From: Candidatus Woesearchaeota archaeon
GTDB taxonomy: Archaea > Nanobdellota > Nanobdellia > Woesearchaeales > JACPBO01
NCBI GenBank assembly: GCA_016180285.1
Contig: JACPBO010000002.1
Location: 15,570-79,569, forward strand
Length of the DNA stretch: 64,000 nt
Direction of reading: 5' to 3'
Below the pieces are notes generated by a model. It was given only the letters and a program-made list of their open reading frames with translations, ran no database searches and was not told where the DNA came from. Numbering within the stretch: the stretch's first letter is position 1; every line of letters starts with the position of its first letter. Both the position numbers and the translations under genes were made by a program. Of the stretch, positions 54,201 through 62,223 are shown one piece after another.

Positions 54201-55325
54201 ATAACTGCAGGCGCAGCAATATACCTTGCAAAGAGCTATTTTGTTGACGACAAATATCAGTTTTTAGGCAATGCAGTTGCAATGATTTTGGCTTTGGCTG
54301 TTTTCTTCATTCTGTTCTTCTTCTCATCAAAGTTGCTTAACTTGATTTTAAAGCACACAAGGATAAAGCAGGCTAAAATCCCAATCAAAGCTAAACCGAA
54401 ATTGCAGCATAAACTATTGCCTGATTTCAAAAATCTCATCAAAGTCCTGCACGAAAATCTGGCAATCCGGCTGCGAAACTATGAAAATAAAAGAAAATTA
54501 TTGAAGTCATTAAAAGAAAAGAAGCTTCAGGAATTAAGAGCCAAAAAAGAATTAGAGAGAAAAAGAAGAGCAGCAGAGCAGGAGAAGGTAAGGCTCTTAA
54601 AAGAGCAGGAAAGAATAAGAAAACTGGAAGAGCAGGAAAGACTTAAGAAATTAGAAGAAGAAAGAAAGAAAAGAGAGCTTGAAGAAAAAGAAAGATTAAA
54701 AACATTTAAAGAAATAGAAAAACAAAGAATTCTGGAAGACATAAGAAAATTAAAAGCAATAAAAACCAAGGTTTCTGATGCGGCTATTCTGCTCAAAGAG
54801 AATGTCAATAAGGCAAAACAGCTCTATCTTGAGATTCTTGAGAATTACAAAAAGCTTGCTGCAGGCAAGAGAAAAGATGTTTACAATGAAGTAATCGGCT
54901 TGTATGATAAACTCAAAGAAGCAGCAAGGCTTGAAAAATACATTAAAAATACATTAAACGCAGTTATTGATAAGAAACTTACAATTGATCAGTTAAAATC
55001 TGCATTGAGGCAGAAAGGATGGAATAAAGACGCCATAGAAGCGGCATTGGCAGCAGCAAAGCAGGAATTCTACAGAGAGAGAATAAAAGAAGTAACAGAC
55101 AAGATTGAGGCTGCAAAGAAAGAATACTGCAAGCCAATCTACAACAACATCATAGATGTATATGCATATCTTGGCCTAGATGATCTATTTGAGGCAAAGA
55201 GGCTGTATCTGAGAACTCTAGAACTCTATGCCAGATCGCCGTCTTATGTTCAAGCTGAAGTTTACAATGACTTGCAGAAGCTCTATCGCCTGCTGTTCAA
55301 GAGAGGAATGGGGAATGCCAAATAA
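48231..55325 (+). CDS. Giant surface protein, C-terminal segment (2364 aa): PQQ and NHL beta-propellers, Ig/FN3-like repeats, Cys-rich module, Pro-rich linker, PGAP1-like alpha/beta-hydrolase domain, CGNGYCG stalk, TM, coiled-coil K/E-rich cytoplasmic tail
   Basis: No N-terminal signal peptide (starts at a TTG inside a repeat). PQQ-like SSPAIVNGVVYIGSNDNRTYALNASTGAHIWNF x~8. NHL-like GNGTxGYxEG...FNNPxGLAV...YVADxxNNRIRRIDLTTNTTSLIAGNGT x~5. CGDGIKEGSEECDDGNTVSGDGCSASC. PPAQPTQPPPEQPPQPTPEEQPPELPPEQPP. Lipase-like VILVHGF...FVAHSLGG...IASPNKGS. CSCGNGYCGLDETAASCPQDC then TM IALLALAVVLLMSLMAALTALY. Coiled coil KKLQELRAKKELERKRRAAEQEK... Tail motif LTIDQLKSALRQKGWNKDAIEAAL. Confidence 0.8.
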   Translation: MAIANTMPVASNIQTNNTLPITNEFVAFNATWTDADLNDLKGYIFSSNFNGTWANETPISFGGTTNYSNYSKQVPSTYGEYQWRIYANDSDGAWNDTEIQYITIISNSSEWPMFHHNIVHTGHTSSASPTINNTRWIFITQGSAQSSPAIVNGVVYIGSNDNRTYALNASTGAHIWNFSTKNSVISSPAVANNIVYVGSYDNNTYALNASTGAHIWNFSTNGSIDSSPAVVNAIMYVGSRDKKIYALNASTGAHIWNFTTGNSIIYSSPTIAKGISYIGSNDGKTYALNASTGAHIWNFSPSSTGVVPTTIVFNDVAYTASNNLYALNASTGAHIWNYSAASGSIESSPAIDNGVVYLGDLSNMLNMVNATSGASIRNVTVADMIDFSSPAIANSIIYFGDISGKFYAINASNGVNVWNYTSGNQQIISSPAIADGVVYVGADNGIIYAFGSNRAPTATNIILNSTDPQNRTNGTLSGFWTFSEQDYNDTQQLNETTWYNNSVEVTQFRNITSIGRNATKNQNWTFSVRVYDGEDWSNWSNSSTITIQNTAPTQSTPIINSSMGLNKTNETLYCFNQSTADIDGDAISNKIRWLNNSAAIIALENLTSISHGNTTKNENWTCEITPFDGTAYGTALNSSILTIANLAPTATNIILNSSMKLNKTNETLQGFWTFSDADGDTQQNNETMWYNNSVEIVSLRNDIDGDTITNRIRWLNNSIAVASLENQTSIGHGNTTKLQNWTCEVTPYDGTDHGTALNSSILTIANSISATSNVTTYPTLAYKNNTLNCSAVYNDADNDIGTVYFSWYKNNARQNSYTTSLVAGNGAGGYAEGNVTSAMFNYPGHLAVDSAGNTLYLTDYFNAKVRKVNLTTNTTSLISGGFVGSWGIVLFNDTTLYVSDWDNCTIQKINLAMNATSTVAGNGTCGYAEGTGSSAMFNNPSGLAVNSNGTFLYVADYSNNRIRRIDLTTNTTSLIAGNGTAGYTEGVGNQTKFNNPYAATISPDNHYLYISDSGSHRIRRIDLTTNTTSLIAGNGTRGYLEGTGINAMLNGPDQTSMNSEGTMLYFIEPSGNRVRAINLTTNTTLLVAGNGTPDYLEGSFINVMVSGEGLVSNPSGTKLYISDSNNNRIRVINLNNSYDATVANVTSGTLAWTNIFVPSSALTKNDNWTCSAIAYDGTIFSNWVNSSSVMINNSAPILNSSISAQNWSEGGSATINLSLYFTDIDNDNLIYNSTMPSDITISINQTSKIAALTAVGSWYGENFITFNATDGSLNATSNNITLTLSNIIRCGDGIKEGSEECDDGNTVSGDGCSASCAIEGSGGGGSGGGGGGVTPPAQPTQPPPEQPPQPTPEEQPPELPPEQPPQVEFPETITQPQTIIIAGATSTINTVPCFNYTENKTLALKQSNITKAMNIPKGYSVLINPFSPDCAKGSLTLTFNIPNNYVDVNALKCKGDECSPAIIEETTKLKCGGKIVKEFRRNTSYLEPILMPINITKTDMIIKYEKDTIESGKYKIKFLNEINQKVSISMPSEAVREPENTNLKIIATPLIVTFENRTAINAVISLPYILGKNIENDSIAIYIKINETWNHIGGDINYEENKITATMNNLEEFLDENNQATIAVMGIICLYCEKSELNKVYDPKTSREAVILVHGFERSPERFNDIINDIKLTRQPWQTWTFAYPSSKTIEENGKQFAELLELNINEYDNLYFVAHSLGGLITQQALYYGYEHNYSFVNKARKAVLIASPNKGSISEGVYRNLYNFLMNSKTAELFNIKGAVVKELVYGKAIPEVPGMEYKVIAGTKSYGFVKITKSNDGLVTVESAQTVGGKIINNSCENYWAINVTHTDILDNIESKQIIERIIAEEVAKVVGSGKSLLGSNQYIELNIPECSYEDTYVIVGKEIKEEKLPDITGCSCGNGYCGLDETAASCPQDCARIISKENIELIALLALAVVLLMSLMAALTALYKKIRRHKIGRPLRYTLLTLITAGAAIYLAKSYFVDDKYQFLGNAVAMILALAVFFILFFFSSKLLNLILKHTRIKQAKIPIKAKPKLQHKLLPDFKNLIKVLHENLAIRLRNYENKRKLLKSLKEKKLQELRAKKELERKRRAAEQEKVRLLKEQERIRKLEEQERLKKLEEERKKRELEEKERLKTFKEIEKQRILEDIRKLKAIKTKVSDAAILLKENVNKAKQLYLEILENYKKLAAGKRKDVYNEVIGLYDKLKEAARLEKYIKNTLNAVIDKKLTIDQLKSALRQKGWNKDAIEAALAAAKQEFYRERIKEVTDKIEAAKKEYCKPIYNNIIDVYAYLGLDDLFEAKRLYLRTLELYARSPSYVQAEVYNDLQKLYRLLFKRGMGNAK

Positions 55326-55548
55326 AACAATAAAAACAGAGGAAAGAATGTCCAAAGTAGGCATACCAGTCTCCATATTAAAGGACAGAAAATTAAGCGC
55401 ATTAGAAGCGATAAGCGAATATCTTAAAGAAACCCTTAATATGAACTATCATGAAATTGCTGTTTTGATGAACAGAGATGATAGAACCATCTGGACTGTT
55501 TATAGCAGGGCAAAGAAAAAAAGAAATACAGCATTAGCCAATAATTGA
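55315..55548 (+). CDS. Small sigma-70 region-4-like HTH protein, paralog of 43498..43782
   Basis: MPNKTIKTEERMSKVGIPVSILKDRKLSALEAISEYLKETLNMNYHEIAVLMNRDDRTIWTVYSRAKKKR; ~60% identical to the upstream paralog over the C-terminal 45 aa; ATG 11 nt before the giant-gene stop. Confidence 0.55.
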   Translation: MPNKTIKTEERMSKVGIPVSILKDRKLSALEAISEYLKETLNMNYHEIAVLMNRDDRTIWTVYSRAKKKRNTALANN

Positions 55549-55791
55549 TTTCTCGCGCGAGATATAATCTGATCTTGATATCTTGTTGTTGATGTATTGT
55601 ATCTGTAGGTCTTTTAAGGAATCTCCTGTAGCAGCAGTTTTGCAGATTTCAGCAGCTTGCGTTGGCTGCAGATCTGTTGATATACTTTGTATATAATTCT
55701 TGCCAAGGCTCATAACTATTGCTCCAAGCGCTATTGCAAAAGCTATCAGTAAAACAGTTGCTATCAACGGTGATAATGCCCTCTTGTTCAT
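55534..55791 (-). CDS. Archaeal type IV pilin (DUF361-type class III signal peptide), 85 aa
   Basis: MNKRALSPLIATVLLIAFAIALGAIVM: canonical archaeal prepilin N-terminus (KRA-LSPLIATVLLIA) recognised by PibD/EppA-type peptidases; 3' end overlaps the convergent HTH gene by 15 nt. Confidence 0.75.
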   Translation of the reverse strand: MNKRALSPLIATVLLIAFAIALGAIVMSLGKNYIQSISTDLQPTQAAEICKTAATGDSLKDLQIQYINNKISRSDYISREKSIIG

Positions 55792-56093
55792 TTTTTAAGA
55801 CCTTTTACGTATTCTTTCTGCAAAAGAACCATATAAATAAAAAGAGCGATCATCACCATCTCAAAAATCGGAAAGATAAAAGATGGAAAAGAAAACACAC
55901 CCAAAGATCTTAAAACAGTCATGATCTCTTCCACAACAAATATGAGCACAACTATGAACAGCAATTGCCAGGGCTTTTGAAAAATAAGCTTATTTGGTAT
56001 TCTGAATAAATTATAAAACAAGACAAGCAATATCGTGACAAATGCCAGATTATAAAGCGGCGCCACCAATGCAATCGATTCATATATTCCCAT
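55788..56093 (-). CDS. Small polytopic membrane protein, paralog B
   Basis: 101 aa, 3 predicted TM helices; shares ...LxxxWxxLxxVLIFxVEEIxxxLRSxGxxSxP... with 56095..56394; 4-nt overlap with the pilin gene. Confidence 0.5.
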   Translation of the reverse strand: MGIYESIALVAPLYNLAFVTILLVLFYNLFRIPNKLIFQKPWQLLFIVVLIFVVEEIMTVLRSLGVFSFPSFIFPIFEMVMIALFIYMVLLQKEYVKGLKK

Positions 56094-56094
56094 T

Positions 56095-56394
56095 TTAGAC
56101 CTTTGTTGTGTATTTGCTTACAATTATCTGCTGCGTTAAAGCATAAATCAAAAACCCGAGCATTAGTGACGGAACAACATGAGTTAAGTGCGGAGTTGAG
56201 TAAATGCCGAAAGATCTTAATGCCCCTAAAATCTCTTCAACTGCGAACAAGATCAAAACCATTATCAAAGGACGCCATGCCCTTAAATGTTTCTTGGCCC
56301 CGGATATCTTAAAAAGAGTGCTTGCTGCAATGCCAGCAACAATTATCAAAAAGACATTTGCGATCTGCAGTACGCCTTCAGCATATCCTATCAT
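56095..56394 (-). CDS. Small polytopic membrane protein, paralog A
   Basis: 99 aa; HLRAWRPLIMVLILFAVEEILGALRSFGIYSTP aligns with QKPWQLLFIVVLIFVVEEIMTVLRSLGVFSFP of the downstream paralog. Confidence 0.5.
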   Translation of the reverse strand: MIGYAEGVLQIANVFLIIVAGIAASTLFKISGAKKHLRAWRPLIMVLILFAVEEILGALRSFGIYSTPHLTHVVPSLMLGFLIYALTQQIIVSKYTTKV

Positions 56395-56442
56395 CTATTC
56401 ACCTCTTTTTAATATTGCCTCACCATATATATTTAAATATTG

Positions 56443-57270
56443 CTATTTTGCCTCGAAATCTATGCAAACCCTGAATTCCCTCGGCTTGTACTGCCCGCAT
56501 TTGACGATGTTCATTATTTCATAAGGCCTTTTTAGTTTTTTACAAACCTTATCGATCTTTCCAATGCCTTTCTCAAATTCGCCTTCTTTCAAAAAATCAT
56601 AGAAATGGATTATTGCCCTTTTTTTTGCTGCGGATAATGCAAGATCCAGAAAATTCTCAGCCCCCTTCGGCAATGGCATTAAAATTCTGTCAAATTTTTT
56701 ATTTAGTTCTGGAACAACCTTTTTAGCATCGCCTTTAAAAAGCCTTATGTTTTTTGTCTTGTTCAATAAAATATTTTCCTGCTGGTATTCGCAGGCAATC
56801 GGGTTTATTTCTATCGAGTAAATCTCTTTTGGCTTTGAGTTTTTGGATATAACAACCGGATATGGCCCAACACCCGAGAACATTGCCAGAATCGTCTCGT
56901 TTTCCCTGACTTGCTTGGATATTCTCAGCCTTTCATTGCTTAATCTTGGCGAGAAATAGCATTTTTCAGCATCAAGCCTTAACATGCAGCTGCTTTCCAT
57001 ATGTTCTGTTGTTTTTCTTTTTTCTCCTGCCATGATCTTTAAAGTTGGCGTCCTGTATATTCCGGAGTATTTCTTTGTTTTCTTGCATATGACTTTTATG
57101 TTTTTAAACAAATTCAATAAAGTTTCCCCTATTAGCCTTTCTTTTTTATTCAATTCAATAGGAAAGTCAGCAAATATCAAGATGTCGCCGACTATGTCGA
57201 ATGAGGACGGCAACAAGCCTAGTTGTTTTTTAGTCAGCTTGTTTTTTAACGAGTCTTTCAAGATAGGCAT
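56443..57270 (-). CDS. trm5: tRNA (guanine37-N1)-methyltransferase Trm5/TYW2-family class I SAM methyltransferase
   Basis: N-terminal FDIVGDILIF; SAM-binding AMFSGVGPYPVVIS; C-terminal RVCIDF. Confidence 0.75.
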   Translation of the reverse strand: MPILKDSLKNKLTKKQLGLLPSSFDIVGDILIFADFPIELNKKERLIGETLLNLFKNIKVICKKTKKYSGIYRTPTLKIMAGEKRKTTEHMESSCMLRLDAEKCYFSPRLSNERLRISKQVRENETILAMFSGVGPYPVVISKNSKPKEIYSIEINPIACEYQQENILLNKTKNIRLFKGDAKKVVPELNKKFDRILMPLPKGAENFLDLALSAAKKRAIIHFYDFLKEGEFEKGIGKIDKVCKKLKRPYEIMNIVKCGQYKPREFRVCIDFEAK

Positions 57271-57345
57271 TTCTGTATAGAAAAAACAAAGATTTATATA
57301 TATTATGTATCTCGGAATAAAAATAAGATAAACTGAGGTGAAATA

Positions 57346-58152
57346 ATGAAAAAAAGTCTTGTTTTTGGAATTTTAGCTTTATTGGTCATGATGGTTGTTT
57401 TTGCGGGATGTTCAAAAAAAACAGGAGGAGCATATACATTCGCCAATGGGTATTTAAGAGTCGATAGCACCGCTCCAGTTGCAGGCGATTTTGTAACGAG
57501 CAGCGGAAAAAACATCATAATAGGTGATTACGGAACCGGAGCAGGAATTAATTTTAACAACATAGCACCTGGGCAACAATTTGTATTTGCAACAGCAGGT
57601 GTCCCTAGACTAAACGTAGATAGTAATGGCAATGTTGGAATTGGGACTGCGCCGACAGGAGGAAGACTCGAGATAACCAGCGGCGGCAACCCCTCTCCTA
57701 ACATCCAGATTAACAGCGCTGAGGGCAGAGGCATAAAAATAGACAAGACAGGCGGAGGGGAGACACTTCTTTATCTTACACAGAATGATGTTTATAACAA
57801 TCAGTTTCTTGAAGCATATGGTGGCGGAGAAACTCCATTATTAGCAAGAATTGATGGTAAAGGAGGGGCTTATTTTGCAGGCAATGTCGGCATCGGTACA
57901 ACAGCACCTAATTCTAAGTTAGAAGTTAAAGGTGATAGTAGTGGCAACCATATTTTTAGTGCCGTAACTAATAGCGGGTCTAGTGGGCTTACAGTCTACT
58001 CAAATGGCAACCTATACACAGGTGCAAAGGAGATGCAGTTTGGTGCATATGGGGCTAGATTAAGAATGTATAGCAGCAATAAGACAGAGTGGTGCTGTGG
58101 ACCAAGTAATACTGGAGCATGGACTTGCAGCAAGAGTGAAGGGGAATGTTAA
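57346..58152 (+). CDS. Glycine-rich secreted/lipoprotein-like protein with GNVGIGTxAP repeats
   Basis: Signal peptide with lipobox-like LLVMMVVFAGCSKK; repeats NGNVGIGTAPTGGRLEI / GNVGIGTTAPNSKLEV reminiscent of tail-fibre/collagen-like Gly-rich repeats; C-terminal CCGPS...C. SD GAGGTGA before ATG. Confidence 0.5.
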   Translation: MKKSLVFGILALLVMMVVFAGCSKKTGGAYTFANGYLRVDSTAPVAGDFVTSSGKNIIIGDYGTGAGINFNNIAPGQQFVFATAGVPRLNVDSNGNVGIGTAPTGGRLEITSGGNPSPNIQINSAEGRGIKIDKTGGGETLLYLTQNDVYNNQFLEAYGGGETPLLARIDGKGGAYFAGNVGIGTTAPNSKLEVKGDSSGNHIFSAVTNSGSSGLTVYSNGNLYTGAKEMQFGAYGARLRMYSSNKTEWCCGPSNTGAWTCSKSEGEC

Positions 58153-58158
58153 ATCTTT

Positions 58159-59193
58159 TTAGAGAAACTCACCCAACCCCTTTTGCTTTTTTTCTTCTTT
58201 CTTCTTGATCAAGCTTTTCAAAGAGCTTTCAACCCTCTCTTTAGAGAAATTGTGCTTTTCAGCCAAAATCTCTTTTATCTTTTCTTCATCAACAGCATTC
58301 CATTTCAGCTTATAGTCATCTGTTACAGGCATGTTTTTGAACAAATCGAATATGACTCTCCATTCAACATTGAAGAAATCAGCCCATTTTGAATCTTTGA
58401 ACATCTTGTCAAAATCCTTGCCATATTCTTTTACAAGCTTTAATGCGTTTTTCGGCCCGATTCCCTTGATTCCGCCATTGTTGTAATCAGTTCCGATAAG
58501 CATAGCTAAAGCAATTAACTGCTCCCTATCAATGCCCAATTCATTCAATGTTTCAGCAAGCGTTATCAGCTCAGGCTGTATCGTCACATAACCGAGCTTG
58601 TTCGTTTTCTTCCTTTTCCCGGCAACGCTTAAGCTCCTCACGAGCCTTGTTGCTCCGAACAATAAGCTGTCTGCATCCTGCGATGCCGAGCAGTAAGCAT
58701 TCCCTTTTGCAGCAATGTGCGCTGCCTGGGCTTCTCCTTCTGAAGGCGCATCAACAACAGGCAATCCAAGCGCAGTGATCAGCTCTTTCGCTTCACTGAT
58801 CATCTCGCCTGTCAATCTTGATGTTCTGGAAGCATATTTCTTCATCTCTTCAATATCTTCCTTTTCAACTGCAATATTGTATTTTTTTTCAGCCTCAATT
58901 TTTGCCTGCTTTCTTTTTTCTCTTTCTTCTTCTTTCAGTGCAGGAGCTTTCCCGTCAAAAACATAAACAAGCTTTAGCCCCTCATCCATTAGGTTAGCTG
59001 TTCTTGAGAATAACCCGACAAGATGCGAGGTTATATTGCCGGAAGAATCCATTAAAGGCGTTCCATCTCTTTGCCTTATTGTTGTCAAAAACTGGTAAAG
59101 CCAGTTAGGCGCATCAACTGCAATAATTCTGTTTTTCAGATCTCCTATTTTTATCTCTTTTTTAACCAACAGCTCAGTTATTGCAACGCCCAT
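58159..59193 (-). CDS. fen: Flap endonuclease 1 (FEN-1)
   Basis: N-domain MGVAITELL...IAVDAPNWLYQFLTTIRQRDGTPLMDSSGNITSHL...YVFDGKAPALK; I-domain; H3TH LIGTDYN; C-terminal PIP-like QKGLGEFL. Confidence 0.9.
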   Translation of the reverse strand: MGVAITELLVKKEIKIGDLKNRIIAVDAPNWLYQFLTTIRQRDGTPLMDSSGNITSHLVGLFSRTANLMDEGLKLVYVFDGKAPALKEEEREKRKQAKIEAEKKYNIAVEKEDIEEMKKYASRTSRLTGEMISEAKELITALGLPVVDAPSEGEAQAAHIAAKGNAYCSASQDADSLLFGATRLVRSLSVAGKRKKTNKLGYVTIQPELITLAETLNELGIDREQLIALAMLIGTDYNNGGIKGIGPKNALKLVKEYGKDFDKMFKDSKWADFFNVEWRVIFDLFKNMPVTDDYKLKWNAVDEEKIKEILAEKHNFSKERVESSLKSLIKKKEEKKQKGLGEFL

Positions 59194-59198
59194 TTTAA

Positions 59199-60158
59199 TT
59201 ATAGCTTCTTGACATTCATTCCTTTAAACTCATTCTGCAGCATTAAAGATGCCTTTTTATTCAGGTCGCCGGTTGCCAATATCAAAACAGGCAGTTTTTT
59301 TACTTGGCCCTGAATAAATGCTGTGCTTAAATCAGCCTCGCTAATATTCTTCTTATCTCTTGCCTTGCAGTAGTATTCTAAAGTTCCAACAGCAGATGGA
59401 ACTCTTATAACAAGATCCAGCTCTAATTTTTTCTTTATGATTTTGTATTCAAGAATTTCAATCTTCTTTTCAGCGCAGTATTTTTTGATTTTTTCAAAAA
59501 ATTCGTCCTTTGTTTCTTTTTCAGGCTCTTTCAGCTTCTCAGCTTCCAATTTTCTCTGGATCACATCCTTCCTTTTCATCTCCTCTAATTTTTTCATCTC
59601 AAGATCAATCTTCCTCGCTTTTTCTTCTACAGCTCCTCTTTTTTGCTCAAGATCATGTTCTTCAGCAGATTTTTCTTCTTTGACAATTTTTATTTCTGGC
59701 TTTTCTCTGGCAGGATTTAGAATATTTTTTATTAATTCATCAGCCTCATTCTGCGGGGTTAAATACCATTTCCAGAACACTTTTTGCGCTTCTCCTTCAT
59801 TGACAGCCACGGGAACAGCAAAATCCTTCATCAGCTTTAATGACACCCTTATAACGGGCTCTAAGATTGCTTCATCAAGCACTTTTTTATCCTTGAGCAT
59901 GTCATAGGCAATTTTTTCCTTATCATTAAGCTGGTTATAGTAATTCTGCAATTTGTATTCCTGCCCCGGAGCATAATAAAGCGGCGAGCCTCCGACTTTA
60001 ATGCTAGAGATCTTGATGAGCTTTCTTCCAGCCAAGTCAGACAGTATTGCGGCAGCAAACAGCGTGTTAGAATTGATCTCCTTGGAAATAACAATCGGCA
60101 GCAAAGGGCCTCTCATTCTTACGATCTGCAGCACTTTATCCGGAGTATCTGATGGCAT
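59199..60158 (-). CDS. Winged-helix / coiled-coil protein with PD-(D/E)xK-like C-terminal region (hypothetical)
   Basis: N-terminal wH-like DKVLQIVRMRGPLLPIVISKEI; central K/E coiled coil; C-terminal LDLVIRVPSAVGTLEYYCKARDKK (D...E-x-K). Function unknown. Confidence 0.4.
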   Translation of the reverse strand: MPSDTPDKVLQIVRMRGPLLPIVISKEINSNTLFAAAILSDLAGRKLIKISSIKVGGSPLYYAPGQEYKLQNYYNQLNDKEKIAYDMLKDKKVLDEAILEPVIRVSLKLMKDFAVPVAVNEGEAQKVFWKWYLTPQNEADELIKNILNPAREKPEIKIVKEEKSAEEHDLEQKRGAVEEKARKIDLEMKKLEEMKRKDVIQRKLEAEKLKEPEKETKDEFFEKIKKYCAEKKIEILEYKIIKKKLELDLVIRVPSAVGTLEYYCKARDKKNISEADLSTAFIQGQVKKLPVLILATGDLNKKASLMLQNEFKGMNVKKL

Positions 60159-60193
60159 GAATATAGAAAGTTGTTACGAGTTTATATACTTTT

Positions 60194-60778
60194 TTATGGC
60201 CTTACCCATCTAATCTCCCAATAGCTCACATCTGCCTCGTCATCCACAACTCCGATAAGAAGCCTTTTCTTTGTGGAATGCGCAACCCTGTTCTTGGCGG
60301 CAAACTCATACCATGTCAGGCTTTCGCCTTCATGCACGGGATAAACAATCCATTTTGCATGATCCTCTCCTGGCTTTACACCGCGGTCATAAATGCGGAA
60401 ATCTGCGCCGAACTTTAATGCTGTCTTTATTATGTAGCCTCTGTCCCTTATATCCTTGAAAACGCAGTATCTTATCCAGAAATTAGGCTCTACTTTTTTT
60501 GCTTTTTTAAGAAAGTTATCGAAACTAACTTCTTTGTTCCGGTCATCAGTAACCTTCAACCTTCCTTTCTCCATTAAATAAAGCCCTTCAAGAAGGGAGA
60601 GCTGAACTTTATTGTTTGCGAGAACAACGCCATATCTGCTCTGGTTGTAAAGTTCGCGGCTAGCATCGCTGTCTTCTGTGATGATCCTCTCTCTTGAAAA
60701 AATAGCTGTGACTGCTTCTCTTGGCTTTTTCTCAATTTGCCGTTCCTTGTTCTGATCTTCTTTGCTTTCCTCAGCCAT
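60194..60778 (-). CDS. endA: tRNA-splicing endonuclease EndA
   Basis: Catalytic C-domain DIRDRGYIIKTALKFGADFRIYDRGVKPGEDHAKWIVYPV matches the EndA signature (RGYxVKxGxKFGxDFxVY...H). Confidence 0.85.
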   Translation of the reverse strand: MAEESKEDQNKERQIEKKPREAVTAIFSRERIITEDSDASRELYNQSRYGVVLANNKVQLSLLEGLYLMEKGRLKVTDDRNKEVSFDNFLKKAKKVEPNFWIRYCVFKDIRDRGYIIKTALKFGADFRIYDRGVKPGEDHAKWIVYPVHEGESLTWYEFAAKNRVAHSTKKRLLIGVVDDEADVSYWEIRWVRP

Positions 60779-60888
60779 ATGTTTGTTTATTGTCAGTTCC
60801 TTTAAAAAGATTTCTTTTTTTGTTCAACATTTCCAATAACACACTTTCAGAAAACATAGTTGCCTAATAGAAACGATTTGAAAAAGAG

Positions 60889-62223
60889 TTATCGCTTCAC
60901 AAGGAAACTGCCTTTATGATTTACAGGCAGCGCTATTGGCCCTTCTCCCTCTTCATAGACATAGTCTGAGGCTCCCACAATTGCCACTGGCCTGATTGCA
61001 TTGCCGTTCTTATCGAACTCGTAGGCGATTTTAGAATCTTGCAGAAAAAGGCTCCCGGTTGTTTCATCTCCGTACGCGTTAATATACACTGAAAAAGTAT
61101 CGGTGCAGTCGAATGAGCAAGTGAACTGATTAATGCCGACTCCGAGTTCCTGGAGTTTCTTGCCGCCGATAGACGCGTCGACTGTTGTCACAGGAATATT
61201 GCCACAGGCTGAAGAGGGCTGCCCGAGCTTGAAAGACACAGTACCGCTGCGGCCATCCTTCAGATCAAAGAATCCTTTCCATTCGCTATTCCAGTAAGCG
61301 CTGCAGGGAAGCGGATTCAGGGGTTGTTTTGGCTGCTTGTCATCTTCCTCGCAGAAAACAACTAAATCGTAGCCTCCTTCTTCAAATTCAGGGTGCTTAA
61401 TGCTGATGTTAATTGGGGCATAATACCCGCCAAGCCGTTCCAGCCACTCTGTGTCGCCAGGAAACGAAAGGCCGGAAAGCCAGGCTTCTGGACGGGCAAG
61501 ATCGCTGCTGCTGTAGTAATAAGTGAAAACAACTTTTGTCTTGAAAGGCTGGCCTTCTTCGCGATAGCAGGAAGACAATCTGTAAGTGAGATCTGTCTTG
61601 GACCAAGAGTCGCATGCAAGGCTGCTTTGGAGGAGATCACCGGCTGAGACAGATGTTGATATCATTTCCAAATATGTGCCCACAGGCCCCCACGCCTCGC
61701 CAGTTACTGTAACTTCATACTGCCAATTCGTCCAGTCATCCCCGCCTATTTTCTTGCAAGCTTTAGTTTCTTTGTCCACTTTGATGTCGAGCTCCTCATT
61801 TTCACCGCCACCTTCACCAGCTTCAACGCTCTTGCCAAACAGCTGCCCGCATATGCTAGCATGACTTTCAACATTTTTAAGGGAATCTTCAGCTTGCATA
61901 AGGCGTTTTTTATCATCTTCTATATCAATGCCCGCCTGCATCAGCATGGCTTGTTTATTCTCAATGTAATTCTTTAACTTCAGGATTTCTTCCTTGAGCT
62001 TGTCGCTTAGCAGCTGCCTGTCTTCGCATTCCTTGCGCAGCACAGCCATCTCACTAGAGTCGATGTTATTGTCTTTGATGGCTTCAAGATAGTCATTGCT
62101 GAGCTTGATGGCAGTTTCGTTGGCATTGTCGCTGGCAGTTGCGACAGCATTGATAGTCTCACCATGTTCCTTCAGAAGCTTTTCACCTTGCGCTTTCTGA
62201 TCTGAGCATCCTGCTATAAGCAA
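60889..62223 (-). CDS. Secreted lipoprotein-like hypothetical protein (444 aa from TTG)
   Basis: Track start is TTG (MLIAGCSDQ) sitting on a lipobox; upstream in-frame sequence encodes a full lipoprotein signal peptide (see findings); N-terminal coiled coil, Cys-containing C-terminal domain. Confidence 0.5.
   Translation of the reverse strand: MLIAGCSDQKAQGEKLLKEHGETINAVATASDNANETAIKLSNDYLEAIKDNNIDSSEMAVLRKECEDRQLLSDKLKEEILKLKNYIENKQAMLMQAGIDIEDDKKRLMQAEDSLKNVESHASICGQLFGKSVEAGEGGGENEELDIKVDKETKACKKIGGDDWTNWQYEVTVTGEAWGPVGTYLEMISTSVSAGDLLQSSLACDSWSKTDLTYRLSSCYREEGQPFKTKVVFTYYYSSSDLARPEAWLSGLSFPGDTEWLERLGGYYAPINISIKHPEFEEGGYDLVVFCEEDDKQPKQPLNPLPCSAYWNSEWKGFFDLKDGRSGTVSFKLGQPSSACGNIPVTTVDASIGGKKLQELGVGINQFTCSFDCTDTFSVYINAYGDETTGSLFLQDSKIAYEFDKNGNAIRPVAIVGASDYVYEEGEGPIALPVNHKGSFLVKR

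Noticed and set aside
55546-55562. Palindrome TCTCGCGCGAGA between convergent genes
   Set aside because: Falls inside the overlapping 3' coding ends of the HTH gene and the pilin gene; a short GC palindrome is more likely coincidental codon usage (…SREK…) than a dedicated terminator.
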